Virus record (IMG/VR): IMGVR_UViG_3300019881_000003
Coordinates: 1 to 54,545 of that record
Reading direction: 5' to 3' (one strand)
From: a virus
Taxonomy: Duplodnaviria; Caudoviricetes
DNA length: 54,545 nucleotides
A program made the translations under genes and the position numbers. Under the pieces are notes generated by a model that saw nothing but the letters and a program-made list of their open reading frames with translations, ran no database searches and was not told where the DNA came from. Positions 1-8,447 of the stretch are shown here, in pieces; within the stretch, counting starts at the first letter, position 1; each line of letters starts with the position of its first letter.

Positions 1-91
1 CTGGTGGCTACCATGTCGGCGCCTTCCTTGGATGGGAGGTGGCCCGGCCCGGCGGCTTATCCCTCGTAGGTGACCGCCGGGCCGGGGCGTG

Positions 92-451
92 TCAGGCGGT
101 CGCCTTGGTCTTCCGGCCCTTGCGGCTCGGCTCGGGCGCCCAGTTGTTGGCCTTGGCCTTGGCGTTCGCCTTGGCCTTGGCCTTGGACTGGAAGAAGACG
201 CCGAGCCAGAGGACGCCGCTCGCCAGCGCGACGTAGACGACCCCCAGCAGGGTGACGCCGTCGTCGGTGTACGTGATGTACGCGAGCCCGGCGAACGTGA
301 GCGCGAACAGCGTGGCCGCCTTGAGCTTGAAAATGCCGACCAGCAGGACGATGGCGGCCAGGGCACCCGCCATGACGAGCAGCTTGGTCTCGGTGGGGAT
401 GGCGACGATGTCGGCGACGGTGGTCGGGTCGAGGGTGGCTTTCACGTTCAC
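92..451 (-). CDS. Small multi-TM membrane protein with Lys/Ala-rich tail
   Basis: Three hydrophobic stretches, basic C-terminus, GAGG upstream. Confidence 0.75.
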   Translation of the reverse strand: MNVKATLDPTTVADIVAIPTETKLLVMAGALAAIVLLVGIFKLKAATLFALTFAGLAYITYTDDGVTLLGVVYVALASGVLWLGVFFQSKAKAKANAKAKANNWAPEPSRKGRKTKATA

Positions 452-526
452 GATGGAACCTCTCAGTTGCGGTTGGGTGATCTCTTTCTGTCCCGTCCCC
501 AGTCGGTGGCGGGGGGTCTTGGGTGG

Positions 527-739
527 CTAGCAGGCGGTGCAGTGCTTGCTGCCGTTCTTCGGGCAGCGCCCGGTTCCGGTGACCGGGCAGTAGGGGCTCT
601 GGCTGCGGCGACTGAAACGCCGGACGATCACGGCGACCGCAGCCACACCGGCACCAGCCAGGGTCACGGTGACGTTGCTGGCCGCGAAACCTGCGACGGT
701 GACCGCGATGCCCACGAGGGCGGCGAGGACCATCCACAT
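527..739 (-). CDS. Small 2-TM membrane protein with Cys-rich C-terminus
   Basis: AAAGGAAG RBS; hydrophobic N-half; CPVTGTGRCP..HCTAC. Confidence 0.7.
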   Translation of the reverse strand: MWMVLAALVGIAVTVAGFAASNVTVTLAGAGVAAVAVIVRRFSRRSQSPYCPVTGTGRCPKNGSKHCTAC

Positions 740-764
740 GGTGGGGCTTCCTTTCGGGGAGGGA

Positions 765-998
765 CTATCGGAGGGAGCCGCAGCCAGGCATCCGGCACCG
801 ACGAGAACCGCCGGGGCTGGAATGGCCGTTCTTGCAGGTCCACCGCCCGTCGCTACCGACCGTGTGGGGGCGGCGAACCCACCCCACCCACAGCGTCAAC
901 GCGACCAGGGCCACACCGCCCAGCACTGCGAGCGGGTTGCCGGCCTGGTAGCCGACGACAGCGGTCCCGGCGCCGCCGAGCATGAACAGAACAAACAT
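765..998 (-). CDS. Small 2-TM membrane protein with Cys/His C-terminus
   Basis: Hydrophobic N-half; CKNGH..CRMPGC. Confidence 0.7.
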   Translation of the reverse strand: MFVLFMLGGAGTAVVGYQAGNPLAVLGGVALVALTLWVGWVRRPHTVGSDGRWTCKNGHSSPGGSRRCRMPGCGSLR

Positions 999-1010
999 GG
1001 GATCGGCCTT

Positions 1011-1196
1011 TCAGGCGGTGGGTCGTTTGTCGGCGGCCTTGACGGTCAGTCCGACCAGGCACAGCACGAACAGCAGCCCGTAGAGCACCGCGCCGCCGGT
1101 GTCGCCACGGTGGACGGCGATACCGAGGAAGAGCCCGGTGAAGCCGACACCGAGGAGCATCGCCCGGTGAAGCCAGAACAGCAGGAACGCGATCAT
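1011..1196 (-). CDS. Small membrane protein (MIAFLLFWLHRA...)
   Basis: ATG overlaps upstream stop (TGATG) with AGGAGG RBS; hydrophobic. Confidence 0.7.
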   Translation of the reverse strand: MIAFLLFWLHRAMLLGVGFTGLFLGIAVHRGDTGGAVLYGLLFVLCLVGLTVKAADKRPTA

Positions 1197-1405
1197 CAGT
1201 GCCTCCTGCTGGCGCGGCCCATGCGACCGAGCGGGTCGTGGTCCCGGACGTGAATCCAGTAGGCCCGCCGACGGGCGCGTCGCTGCGTGGCCACAGCGAT
1301 GACACCGAAGACGGTGACGACGATGCCGAGACCGATCACTATGGCGCTGCCCTGCGCCACTCCGAGACCGATGCCGGCCATGCCGGACAGAACGAGGACG
1401 ATCAT
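1196..1405 (-). CDS. Small 2-TM membrane protein
   Basis: Hydrophobic N-half, basic tail, operonic spacing. Confidence 0.7.
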   Translation of the reverse strand: MIVLVLSGMAGIGLGVAQGSAIVIGLGIVVTVFGVIAVATQRRARRRAYWIHVRDHDPLGRMGRASRRH

Positions 1406-1408
1406 GGG

Positions 1409-1927
1409 TCATGCCTTTCCGTGAGTGCGGAGCCAGTTGAGGTGCAGCGCGCGCCCGGTGGCCATCCGCTGGCGGGCGAGGGCTTCGTGGGCGTCGTACT
1501 TCTCCGGGCAGCACGAGACCTGCACGGCCTGCGCGAGCAGTCCGGAAGTCGGGCAGCAGTGCTCCCGCTGGATGGCGCGGGAGAAGAACTGGCGCGCCGC
1601 GTACTGCACGTCGGTCACCTGGTTGTAGGAGCCCCAGTTCATGCTCGGCCGCTGTTGGAATGCGCCGGCGCTGTCGCGGTCGCCGTCCGGGAGGTTGCGG
1701 CAGCCGGATTCGACGACGCAGGTTTCGAACGCGGCGAGCAGAACCTTGGGCGACGCGCCGTGGTTGGAGCCGACCGCGTAGATGATGCGCAGCACGTCGG
1801 GGTCCGGGTTGGTCGATACCGGCGCAGACGCTGAGCCGACCCCGGTACCGCTGGCCACGGCGGTCCCGCCAGACGCGGCGCCGACGAGCGCCACGAAGAC
1901 GAGGCACTTGAACTTGGTGATCCTCAT
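1409..1927 (-). CDS. Secreted lysozyme/lytic transglycosylase-like protein
   Basis: Signal peptide; VESGCRNL..GDRDSAGAFQQRPSMNWG resembles the actinobacterial 'ES..NL..GDRDSLGLFQQRPSQGWG' lysozyme-fold motif. Confidence 0.7.
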   Translation of the reverse strand: MRITKFKCLVFVALVGAASGGTAVASGTGVGSASAPVSTNPDPDVLRIIYAVGSNHGASPKVLLAAFETCVVESGCRNLPDGDRDSAGAFQQRPSMNWGSYNQVTDVQYAARQFFSRAIQREHCCPTSGLLAQAVQVSCCPEKYDAHEALARQRMATGRALHLNWLRTHGKA

Positions 1928-1934
1928 CGCGCGA

Positions 1935-2078
1935 TCACCCGAACAGGTTTCGGAGGAAGCCGATGACGGTCGCGGCGCCGTCCTTGAGACTGCCGAGGAC
2001 CGTCGTCACGGCGTCAACGGCTACGGTCGGCTGGGTGATCACGTAGAACAGCACCAGCGCGACCATCACCAGCAACAT
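1935..2078 (-). CDS. Small membrane protein (MLLVMVALVLFYVITQP...)
   Basis: 47-aa ORF, one TM plus amphipathic helix; the true start may be 2094 with a 1-nt frameshift. Confidence 0.6.
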   Translation of the reverse strand: MLLVMVALVLFYVITQPTVAVDAVTTVLGSLKDGAATVIGFLRNLFG

Positions 2079-2190
2079 GGCCTTTGCCTACCATCAGGGT
2101 CTCTCCACTTCCTTCGAGGTGGTTGGGAGCCCCGGGCCCGGTGGTTGAGTCTTGGCGGAGTTGGCCACCGGCCTGGGGAGATTTCGTTTG

Positions 2191-2412
2191 CTAGGCGCGG
2201 GCCGCCGTGATCCAGGGGGTACCGTCGAGCAGCCAGACCGGCAGGTCGTAGTTGTCGTCCAGGTGGTGAAGGACTGCCTTGTCGACCGTGTCGACAAGGG
2301 GCCCGCCAGGGCCGTCGAAGACGGCCCAGCGGTCGCCGTTGGGCGCCACAGCGACCTCCTCGCACGCGTCGTAGAGGTAGGCCGCCTGGTCTTGGATGGC
2401 CTGCGTGGTCAT
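2191..2412 (-). CDS. Hypothetical protein
   Basis: ATGA overlap with upstream gene, AAGGAG RBS. Confidence 0.7.
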   Translation of the reverse strand: MTTQAIQDQAAYLYDACEEVAVAPNGDRWAVFDGPGGPLVDTVDKAVLHHLDDNYDLPVWLLDGTPWITAARA

Positions 2413-2693
2413 TCGGTGTGCTCCTTATCGAGGAAGGGCTTCGCCCAGCGACGGAGGGTCGAGGGGGCGAGCTCGTAGCGGGCCGCGATCTTCCGCAGCG
2501 AGTTGTTGAGCGGGTCACGCCGATGCAACTCGGCGGCGATCTTGCCCATCACGACCGGCAGGTCTTGGTGGGTGACAGCGGCGTAGGTCATGGCGGCATC
2601 CAAGTCCTCGGGGGACAAGGTGTTGAGGTCGTTTCGCGGTATTCCGCGTGCAATTTTTGCGGCGGTCGCTTTGGCGATGTCGTCACGGCCCAT
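2409..2693 (-). CDS. Small HTH DNA-binding protein
   Basis: SLRKIAARYELAPSTLRRWA HTH; palindrome TGCGCCA-N3-TGGCGCA just upstream (2713-2729). Confidence 0.75.
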   Translation of the reverse strand: MGRDDIAKATAAKIARGIPRNDLNTLSPEDLDAAMTYAAVTHQDLPVVMGKIAAELHRRDPLNNSLRKIAARYELAPSTLRRWAKPFLDKEHTE

Positions 2694-2864
2694 GCACCAC
2701 ACTGAACCACACTGCGCCATCGTGGCGCAACCCGACGCGCACGTCTAGCCGAAGTTTGAGAGACAGTTTGAGGGGCCTACCGGGTTCGGCGGCGATGCGG
2801 ACCAGACGGGCCCGCATCGTGCAATGCGCACCCCGCCGGGATCCGCTCAATTGTTGAGGCGCAT

Positions 2865-3008
2865 TCAACGATCGATGGCCAGGACTGTGATCAACAGGTT
2901 GCCGTCCGGCTGCGCGACCCGCCGCCGGTACGGGGCGATGTCGGTGTCGCCGGGCCGCGCCGAGGTGATCGGGTGCGCGAGCGCGTACGCCTGCCGCTCG
3001 GTGCTCAC
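2865..3008 (-). CDS. Small hypothetical protein
   Basis: GTGA overlap, GGAGG RBS. Confidence 0.5.
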   Translation of the reverse strand: MSTERQAYALAHPITSARPGDTDIAPYRRRVAQPDGNLLITVLAIDR

Positions 3009-3313
3009 TCGGCCTCCACCGCCGCCGGGATGCCAGCCATCCGGTCGACCAGGGCACGCAGACGCTCCGGGGTTGCCGCCAACACCGCCGGATCCCACTC
3101 GGCGAGCGGATCACCAGCCTCCGCCAGACGCACATGATCAAAGACATCCAGGTTGGATGCAGCCACAGTCCACGCCAATGTGCCCACCACCGTCTCCACA
3201 TACAACACCCAACCACCCGGCCGCCCCGGATCGTTCTGCGCCAACACCGCCGCATCCCGATAGACAGCAGCCACAAACGCCTCCAGTTGGGCAGCGCGGC
3301 GGGCACCCGACAT
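3005..3313 (-). CDS. Hypothetical phage protein, degenerate WDGH-like
   Basis: GWVLYVETVVGTLAW..LDVFDHV..EWD..ERL pattern; the GH of the motif is absent. Confidence 0.5.
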   Translation of the reverse strand: MSGARRAAQLEAFVAAVYRDAAVLAQNDPGRPGGWVLYVETVVGTLAWTVAASNLDVFDHVRLAEAGDPLAEWDPAVLAATPERLRALVDRMAGIPAAVEAE

Positions 3314-3318
3314 CGGGC

Positions 3319-4011
3319 TCACAACTGCTCCAAGATCTGCCGGCCGACATGCTCGGTGTAGGCGGGCGGGATGGCCTCGCAGATCGCCACGATGCCCGCC
3401 TTTGGGTTCACCTTCTGGCCAATCCACGGCGCCCCCATCACCTCAGCCGCCGCGCGTTGCCACGCCTTGGAGTGCTTCCCGCCGTGAATCGACATGAACG
3501 GCCGCTCGGCGGTGGGCAGGTAGCCGTTACGGGTGCACAGGCACGGGTGGTAGGGCCGCGGCTCCGGCGGCGCGACCAGCCCGAGATTGGACTCGAACTT
3601 GCGGTGCCGGTACAGCTTCAACCCCAACATGTGCCCACAGAGGACAATCGGGTCGATGAGATCCGCCTCAGGTACGTTCTCGATCACGTACGGGCCACCG
3701 ACCGCGAGCAGAGCGTCGCGGGTCTCGCCGATGAGGTCGGCGAACTTGGCCTCGTAGGCGGCCATCTTCTCCGGGGTGTCGTTGTAATGCCGCAGCCGAG
3801 AGTTGCGTTGGCAAGGCGGGGACGCGGCACGCACAGCGAACTCGTGGCCGCGCTCCTTGATGAACTCGATGGCGTCGGCCTGGTAGAACTCGAACGGGTA
3901 GTCGGGTTGCGCCACGATGTCGACCCCGGCGACCTCGAACCCGGCCAAGTGGTAGCCCCAACTAGCCGCACCGGCGCCGCAGTAGGCGTCCAGCAGTTTC
4001 GGCCGGCTCAC
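3319..4011 (-). CDS. Phage-type DNA (cytosine-5) methyltransferase
   Basis: Motif I LDAYCGAG, catalytic SPPCQ, motif VI IENV. Confidence 0.85.
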   Translation of the reverse strand: MSRPKLLDAYCGAGAASWGYHLAGFEVAGVDIVAQPDYPFEFYQADAIEFIKERGHEFAVRAASPPCQRNSRLRHYNDTPEKMAAYEAKFADLIGETRDALLAVGGPYVIENVPEADLIDPIVLCGHMLGLKLYRHRKFESNLGLVAPPEPRPYHPCLCTRNGYLPTAERPFMSIHGGKHSKAWQRAAAEVMGAPWIGQKVNPKAGIVAICEAIPPAYTEHVGRQILEQL

Positions 4012-4178
4012 GACGGCTCCCCCGACGGATCGGGTGGGGCCGGCAGAAGCCCCAGAATGTCCAGCAGCCGCTCGCAGTCGACGGCGTCGATGGCGTGCCG
4101 GGCCACCGCGCGGCGGGCACGCTCCAGCTTGGCCTCACCCAAGTCCGGACCGCCCACATGGACCGTCAAGTCGCTCAC
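4008..4178 (-). CDS. Small hypothetical protein
   Basis: GTGA overlaps at both ends. Confidence 0.55.
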   Translation of the reverse strand: MSDLTVHVGGPDLGEAKLERARRAVARHAIDAVDCERLLDILGLLPAPPDPSGEPS

Positions 4179-4582
4179 GCCGCCGTCCCCCTCGTCAAAA
4201 CATCCCAGTCGACGTGCTCCGCCCCGAACGGCACCAAAGCCAGCGTCAACGCCAGGAACCCGGCCACCGCAGCCGCAGGTAGCCACAGCACAGAGTCACC
4301 GGCGCGGCCACGCAGATCCAGCCGCACCGTCGCGCCCTCCCGACAGACCTGCACATCGCCGCACTCGACGTCGAACACACCCGCCACCTCGCCACCCAAC
4401 GCCAGCCGCAGCCAGTCACGGGGCAGGTCCCGGCAGCCGAGGACCCGGACCCAGAACGGCCGGGTCGTGTCGTACAGCAGCTGAAACGCCGGGTGATAGG
4501 TCGGCGCGGTGGCCCTGGTTTGGAAGTCGCGGCGGGTGTCGCGGCACCACCAGCCCGGGGTGTACGCCCTGATCTCAGGCAC
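4175..4582 (-). CDS. SsgA-family (SALP) cell division/sporulation regulator-like protein
   Basis: LLYDTTRPFWVRV, RDWL, GDVQV, VRLDLRG..G..VL..PAAAVAGFL..T..LVPFGAE..DWD follow the SsgA/SsgB consensus in order. Confidence 0.75.
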   Translation of the reverse strand: MPEIRAYTPGWWCRDTRRDFQTRATAPTYHPAFQLLYDTTRPFWVRVLGCRDLPRDWLRLALGGEVAGVFDVECGDVQVCREGATVRLDLRGRAGDSVLWLPAAAVAGFLALTLALVPFGAEHVDWDVLTRGTAA

Positions 4583-4669
4583 GGGGCGCCTCCGGGTTGG
4601 AGGGGCACGCCCGCCGCGGTGCAGCCACGCCGCGAGCGCGCCCAGCTTCGGTTTCGGTGACGGAGCCCA

Positions 4670-5311
4670 TCAGCCCGCCACATCGACGACGGTGACCGGG
4701 ACGTAGCCGAGACGGCCCGCGTTTGCGTCGTGGGGCGCACCCTCGGGCGTGGACCAGTCCCACCGCGACGGCGCCTTGCCCGACCCGTCGCTGTCGCAGT
4801 GGTCGCAGCCGTCGCAGGTGCGGTAGTGCTCGACGTACTCGCACGACGAGCAGTCCGCGAACGCACGCCAGTGCTGTCCCAGCCACCGCAACCGGCGCGG
4901 CACCGGCGGCCGGTCGAGTGGGTCCTGACCGCGCCGCCACACGCGCCACACCAGCCGGAACACCCGCCACCTCGCCCAGTCGACCGGGCGGATCACCCCA
5001 TGCCGCACCCACCAGGGAAGCCAACGGTGCCGGGGGCAGCCGTAGACCTCGCGCGCCCACGTCTCCGCCGGTGCCAGCACGTCGGTCTCGACGTGCTCGT
5101 CGTCGGCGAGTTCGGTGTAGAAGTCGAGGATCCGCCCAAACCCGGCATGCCGGATCGTGTCGTGAACGCGGGCCTCGTCGAGGTCGTGCCCGTAGATCAG
5201 CAGTTCTTCGGCGCCCTCCGCGCCGAGCACCACGTACCGCACGTAGGCGGGTACGGGGCCGATCGTCCACGGCCCGTCAGTGACCGGTGGTCGGTTGGTC
5301 TGGTCGGTCAT
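4670..5311 (-). CDS. Hypothetical Cys/Trp-rich phage protein
   Basis: ATGA overlap; CxxC pairs. Confidence 0.7.
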   Translation of the reverse strand: MTDQTNRPPVTDGPWTIGPVPAYVRYVVLGAEGAEELLIYGHDLDEARVHDTIRHAGFGRILDFYTELADDEHVETDVLAPAETWAREVYGCPRHRWLPWWVRHGVIRPVDWARWRVFRLVWRVWRRGQDPLDRPPVPRRLRWLGQHWRAFADCSSCEYVEHYRTCDGCDHCDSDGSGKAPSRWDWSTPEGAPHDANAGRLGYVPVTVVDVAG

Positions 5312-5700
5312 CGCGCGTCGCCGCCCTTGGAGGACTCAGCAGCGAGGGCCGAAGACATGTCAGGCGCTCGGTAGTTCGGCCCCTTCAGAACCTTCCCGTC
5401 GGCGCGCATCACCGGCTTCCCATCGTCGCCGAGCTTCGACATGTTGGATGCGTGGACCAGCCCGATGGCCCGGTCCAGGTCGATGCCCATCGTGAGCGCG
5501 GCTCCGTAGACCACGATCGCCAGATCGGCCAGCTCCTTCGCGATCTGCGGCAGCGGCTCGAACTCCACCGCGTCTGCCGCCTCGTCGGCTTCCTCGCGGA
5601 TCAGGCCAGCGCGCAGCTCGTTGTGTGTCCGGGTCGAGTCGCCAATCGGCAGGTCGAACGCCTCGTGGAACTCGCGGACCATGCCCGCCGCGGTGGTCAT
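5308..5700 (-). CDS. MazG-like / PRA-PH family NTP pyrophosphohydrolase
   Basis: VREFH..LIREEADE..KELAD..VHASNMSKL..DGKVLKGPNY signature. Confidence 0.9.
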   Translation of the reverse strand: MTTAAGMVREFHEAFDLPIGDSTRTHNELRAGLIREEADEAADAVEFEPLPQIAKELADLAIVVYGAALTMGIDLDRAIGLVHASNMSKLGDDGKPVMRADGKVLKGPNYRAPDMSSALAAESSKGGDAR

Positions 5701-6257
5701 CAGGCACCGCCCTTTGCGATTTGGCCGGTCCACGGCAGGTGCAGACCGTCGCCCTCACAGCGCGGCACCAGGTGGCCGTGCATGTGCTCCGTCTCCGACT
5801 GCGTCGCCGCCCGGCCGTCAGAATCGATGTAGTTCGACGACCCAAGCTCAAGCTCCGACTGCAGCTCGGCGGCCCGCACACGCACCAGCCCGGCGACCGC
5901 CCAGTCCTCCCGCGCGTTACGGACATGGGCGCGCGGAATCACCACCACATGCCCACCCACCGCCGGGGTCGGGCGCGGGGTGACCGCGACCGCGTCCGGC
6001 CACTCCCGGACCAGGACGCGGGTCACGCTGCCGGCGACAAGCATGCACAGGTGACACGGCACCTGCGCGGCCGGAACCTCGAAGCCCCCGCCGAGGTTCG
6101 AGTTGCGGAAGTCGTCGACGCCCTCGAACACGGTGGGCGCCCACAGGCCGTCGTCCGACACCCGCACCTGGCGGTCCGGCTTTGCGTCCGGGTCAACGCG
6201 GTAGTAGACGGCGTCACCAGGCCCGCGCCACTGGCGGAAAAACTGGAACTCACTCAT
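5700..6257 (-). CDS. HIT-family nucleotide hydrolase with N-terminal extension
   Basis: CxxC, GHVVVIPRAH and histidine triad HMHGH. Confidence 0.85.
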   Translation of the reverse strand: MSEFQFFRQWRGPGDAVYYRVDPDAKPDRQVRVSDDGLWAPTVFEGVDDFRNSNLGGGFEVPAAQVPCHLCMLVAGSVTRVLVREWPDAVAVTPRPTPAVGGHVVVIPRAHVRNAREDWAVAGLVRVRAAELQSELELGSSNYIDSDGRAATQSETEHMHGHLVPRCEGDGLHLPWTGQIAKGGA

Positions 6258-6709
6258 GTCGACGACCCCGCAGTCCTCGGCTCCACATTGCGGAGATGCG
6301 TCGAATGGCTACGGGCGGCGGCCAGGCGAGCCGACAGCAAGTTCACCGCCGGCAGCACCTCCGACAGCGCGGCCACCAGATCACGACCGGTCTCGGCGCC
6401 CATCCACGCGTCGTCGTCGGCAGCCCCGCGGTCATCGCGCAGCACACCTGCCGCCACCTGCCCGGCGATCGACCGCTCCAACTGGGCTAGCAGCTGCGGC
6501 AGGCGACCGGCCGCCTCGTGCAGGCAGGACAGGACCCTGTCCACGTCGCCCGCGTACGGAAGGGTGGCGCTGGCGTTGCCGGGTCCGGTCGCGTTGTTGA
6601 TGTACCGCAGCAGGCTGGGGACCGTCTCGGCAGCAGTGCTCACCGTCTCGCGGTCGTGGGGGCCGTCGTAAGGCCAGTGCTCGGCGAGGATCTCGGCAGG
6701 ATCAGGCAT
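6254..6709 (-). CDS. Hypothetical protein
   Basis: GAAGGA RBS, ATGA overlap. Confidence 0.7.
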   Translation of the reverse strand: MPDPAEILAEHWPYDGPHDRETVSTAAETVPSLLRYINNATGPGNASATLPYAGDVDRVLSCLHEAAGRLPQLLAQLERSIAGQVAAGVLRDDRGAADDDAWMGAETGRDLVAALSEVLPAVNLLSARLAAARSHSTHLRNVEPRTAGSST

Positions 6710-6730
6710 GAGTGTGTCCTTCCAGGACGG

Positions 6731-7225
6731 TCAGATGAGGGCGGTGCAGAGGGCCGCGACGAACAGCCAGGACACGTGGAATGACTGGTCCAAGGCGTAC
6801 GCGCCGGTCCCGAGCGACGGGTTGTCGTGGGGCACTGTCGCGCCGATCGTGCCGCCCGGGTCGGAGACCTCAGGTAGATCCGGACGCGGCATACCGAGCC
6901 AGTAGAAGTCGGCCTTACCAGCCAGCTTGGCAAGCCACCGCAGTGTGGTGCGGTGGTCCGCCCAGTAGTGCGTCGCACCGGACACGACCTGCCCGACCGC
7001 GACCCCGGCGAGCGACACCGGCAGATCCAGCAGCGGGGCGACAACAGCGAGGAGTACGAGCGCAGTCACCACGTAGGTGACGACGTGCGCAGCGCACGCG
7101 GCCCGGCCCGGCCACCCGGGGAGCCCTTTCGTGGCGGCCTGATGCCCGGTCTGCACCCAGTGGTCAGCGACCTGATGGGCGACCCACAACGTCACGAACA
7201 CGGCAGCGAACGCCGCGGCGGTCAT
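6731..7225 (-). CDS. DUF3307-like membrane protein
   Basis: HQVADHWVQT..K, H..TY, THYWAD, DQSFH motifs. Confidence 0.8.
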   Translation of the reverse strand: MTAAAFAAVFVTLWVAHQVADHWVQTGHQAATKGLPGWPGRAACAAHVVTYVVTALVLLAVVAPLLDLPVSLAGVAVGQVVSGATHYWADHRTTLRWLAKLAGKADFYWLGMPRPDLPEVSDPGGTIGATVPHDNPSLGTGAYALDQSFHVSWLFVAALCTALI

Positions 7226-7407
7226 GACCGGGCCACCGCGACGAACACGACCACGAACCCCGCGAACCACAAGACCTGCTGGATCGCGCTCGGGATGCGG
7301 TCATCGTGCGGCACCAGCACCCACGCCAGCACCTTCCCAGTCGCTGTGGTGACCGGGCCGGTGCGCTGCGGTCGGGCCGCGTGCCGGGCACTCAGACGCA
7401 TCGCCAT
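7222..7407 (-). CDS. Small membrane protein
   Basis: TGATG coupling; C-terminal TM. Confidence 0.55.
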   Translation of the reverse strand: MAMRLSARHAARPQRTGPVTTATGKVLAWVLVPHDDRIPSAIQQVLWFAGFVVVFVAVARS

Positions 7408-7755
7408 CACGCCACCGCCTTCGCCGTCGCGCACCGTCGACATGAGCAGTCGCCGGAGTGCCGGACGGGCAGCGCGCACGGCACATCGCCGCAGCAGAAC
7501 CCCGAGCACGCCCCCGTATCCAGGCCCGCCGACGAGTCACGCTCGTAGGCACACGCCACGCACTCCGTGAGGCTCACCGGGTGGCCCGAGTTGTTCGCGT
7601 CGTCGTCGGGAAACGCGACGTGCCGCAGGTAGCGGTGGCCCGCCGCGATGGTCGGTACGCCACGCAGGCTTACAGTCCAGTGGCAGCTGTCGCACAGGTG
7701 CGGGATGCGGGCGGTGAGCGCCTTGACCGTCGCCGCCATCACGCCACCGCCTTCG
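7402..7755. repeat. 22-bp direct repeats (7402-7423, 7734-7755) flanking one gene
   Basis: CGCCATCACGCCACCGCCTTCG exact in both copies. Confidence 0.9.
7407..7739 (-). CDS. Cys-rich (Zn-binding) hypothetical protein
   Basis: Several CxxC motifs; TGATG coupling at both ends. Confidence 0.7.
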   Translation of the reverse strand: MAATVKALTARIPHLCDSCHWTVSLRGVPTIAAGHRYLRHVAFPDDDANNSGHPVSLTECVACAYERDSSAGLDTGACSGFCCGDVPCALPVRHSGDCSCRRCATAKAVA

Positions 7756-8023
7756 GGTCGGCGGCGGTGCGCTTGACGTGCTCGTCGAGGATCTGCTGGG
7801 CACGCCACCGCAACGACGTCGCGAACGCGCGGGCACACTTGCTCGCCGAACCCACCCGACCGTGGTCCTGCCCGTCCGGCATCTGAGCGAACCCGGCGGC
7901 GTTGCGGTCAGCCTGGTCGGCGATCGAATGCAGCTCGGCCGCCCACGCCAGGACAACCGGCTCGCCGGCGTCGAGAATCACCTCGAGCGCGCCGTTGGTG
8001 GGGACGCGCAGGGTGCGGCTCAT
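7739..8023 (-). CDS. Hypothetical protein
   Basis: ATGA overlap. Confidence 0.7.
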   Translation of the reverse strand: MSRTLRVPTNGALEVILDAGEPVVLAWAAELHSIADQADRNAAGFAQMPDGQDHGRVGSASKCARAFATSLRWRAQQILDEHVKRTAADPKAVA

Positions 8024-8217
8024 GACGTCGCCTCGTCCTCGAGAAGCGCCCTGGCCTCGTCAAGGTGCGCTCCGTGGGGCTGCTTGCCGATCACGTGGAT
8101 CAGCGGCTTGCGGCCGAATCGGGTGCGGATGTCGTCGATCACGGCCTGCACCTCGGCCTCGGTCAGCGGGGTGACGGTGAAGGTGAACCGGAACGTGTCG
8201 GGTTCGGTGTTGGTCAT
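8020..8217 (-). CDS. Hypothetical protein (MTNTEPDTF...)
   Basis: GGGAG RBS, directly downstream of the 8256-8284 promoter. Confidence 0.65.
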   Translation of the reverse strand: MTNTEPDTFRFTFTVTPLTEAEVQAVIDDIRTRFGRKPLIHVIGKQPHGAHLDEARALLEDEATS

Positions 8218-8255
8218 TGGGGGGCTCCCATCGTGGTGGGGCTGTTCGCGTGTCC

Positions 8256-8284
8256 AACATATGCCAACACGTGGCCATTCGCAA
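8256..8284 (-). promoter_or_regulatory. Sigma70-type early promoter TTGCGA-N17-TATGTT with GTTGG-N5-GTTGG repeat
   Basis: Near-copy of the promoter at 15198-15226. Confidence 0.7.
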
Positions 8285-8447
8285 GACACCCGACGTGATC
8301 CTTTGCGTAGTGCCCGTGGGCTGGAGCGGCAGAACCGGCCCAAACGACCGGCCCCTGACGCCGCCTGAGGTCCAACGGGGGCGCGGTGGCGGTCGCTAGC
8401 CACGAGACGCCCCAGACGCTCTGAGAGCCGTACAGCGGCACGGATGG

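Noticed and set aside
144-186. TTGGCC tandem repeat
   Set aside because: It simply encodes the KAKAKANAKAKA low-complexity tail
2753-2775. AGTTTGAG direct repeat as an integrase arm site or element boundary
   Set aside because: Only two short copies, no core or partner site found, and different from the repeat near int
2824-4572. 582-aa plus-strand ORF
   Set aside because: Antisense to a coupled minus-strand operon with recognisable MTase and SsgA motifs
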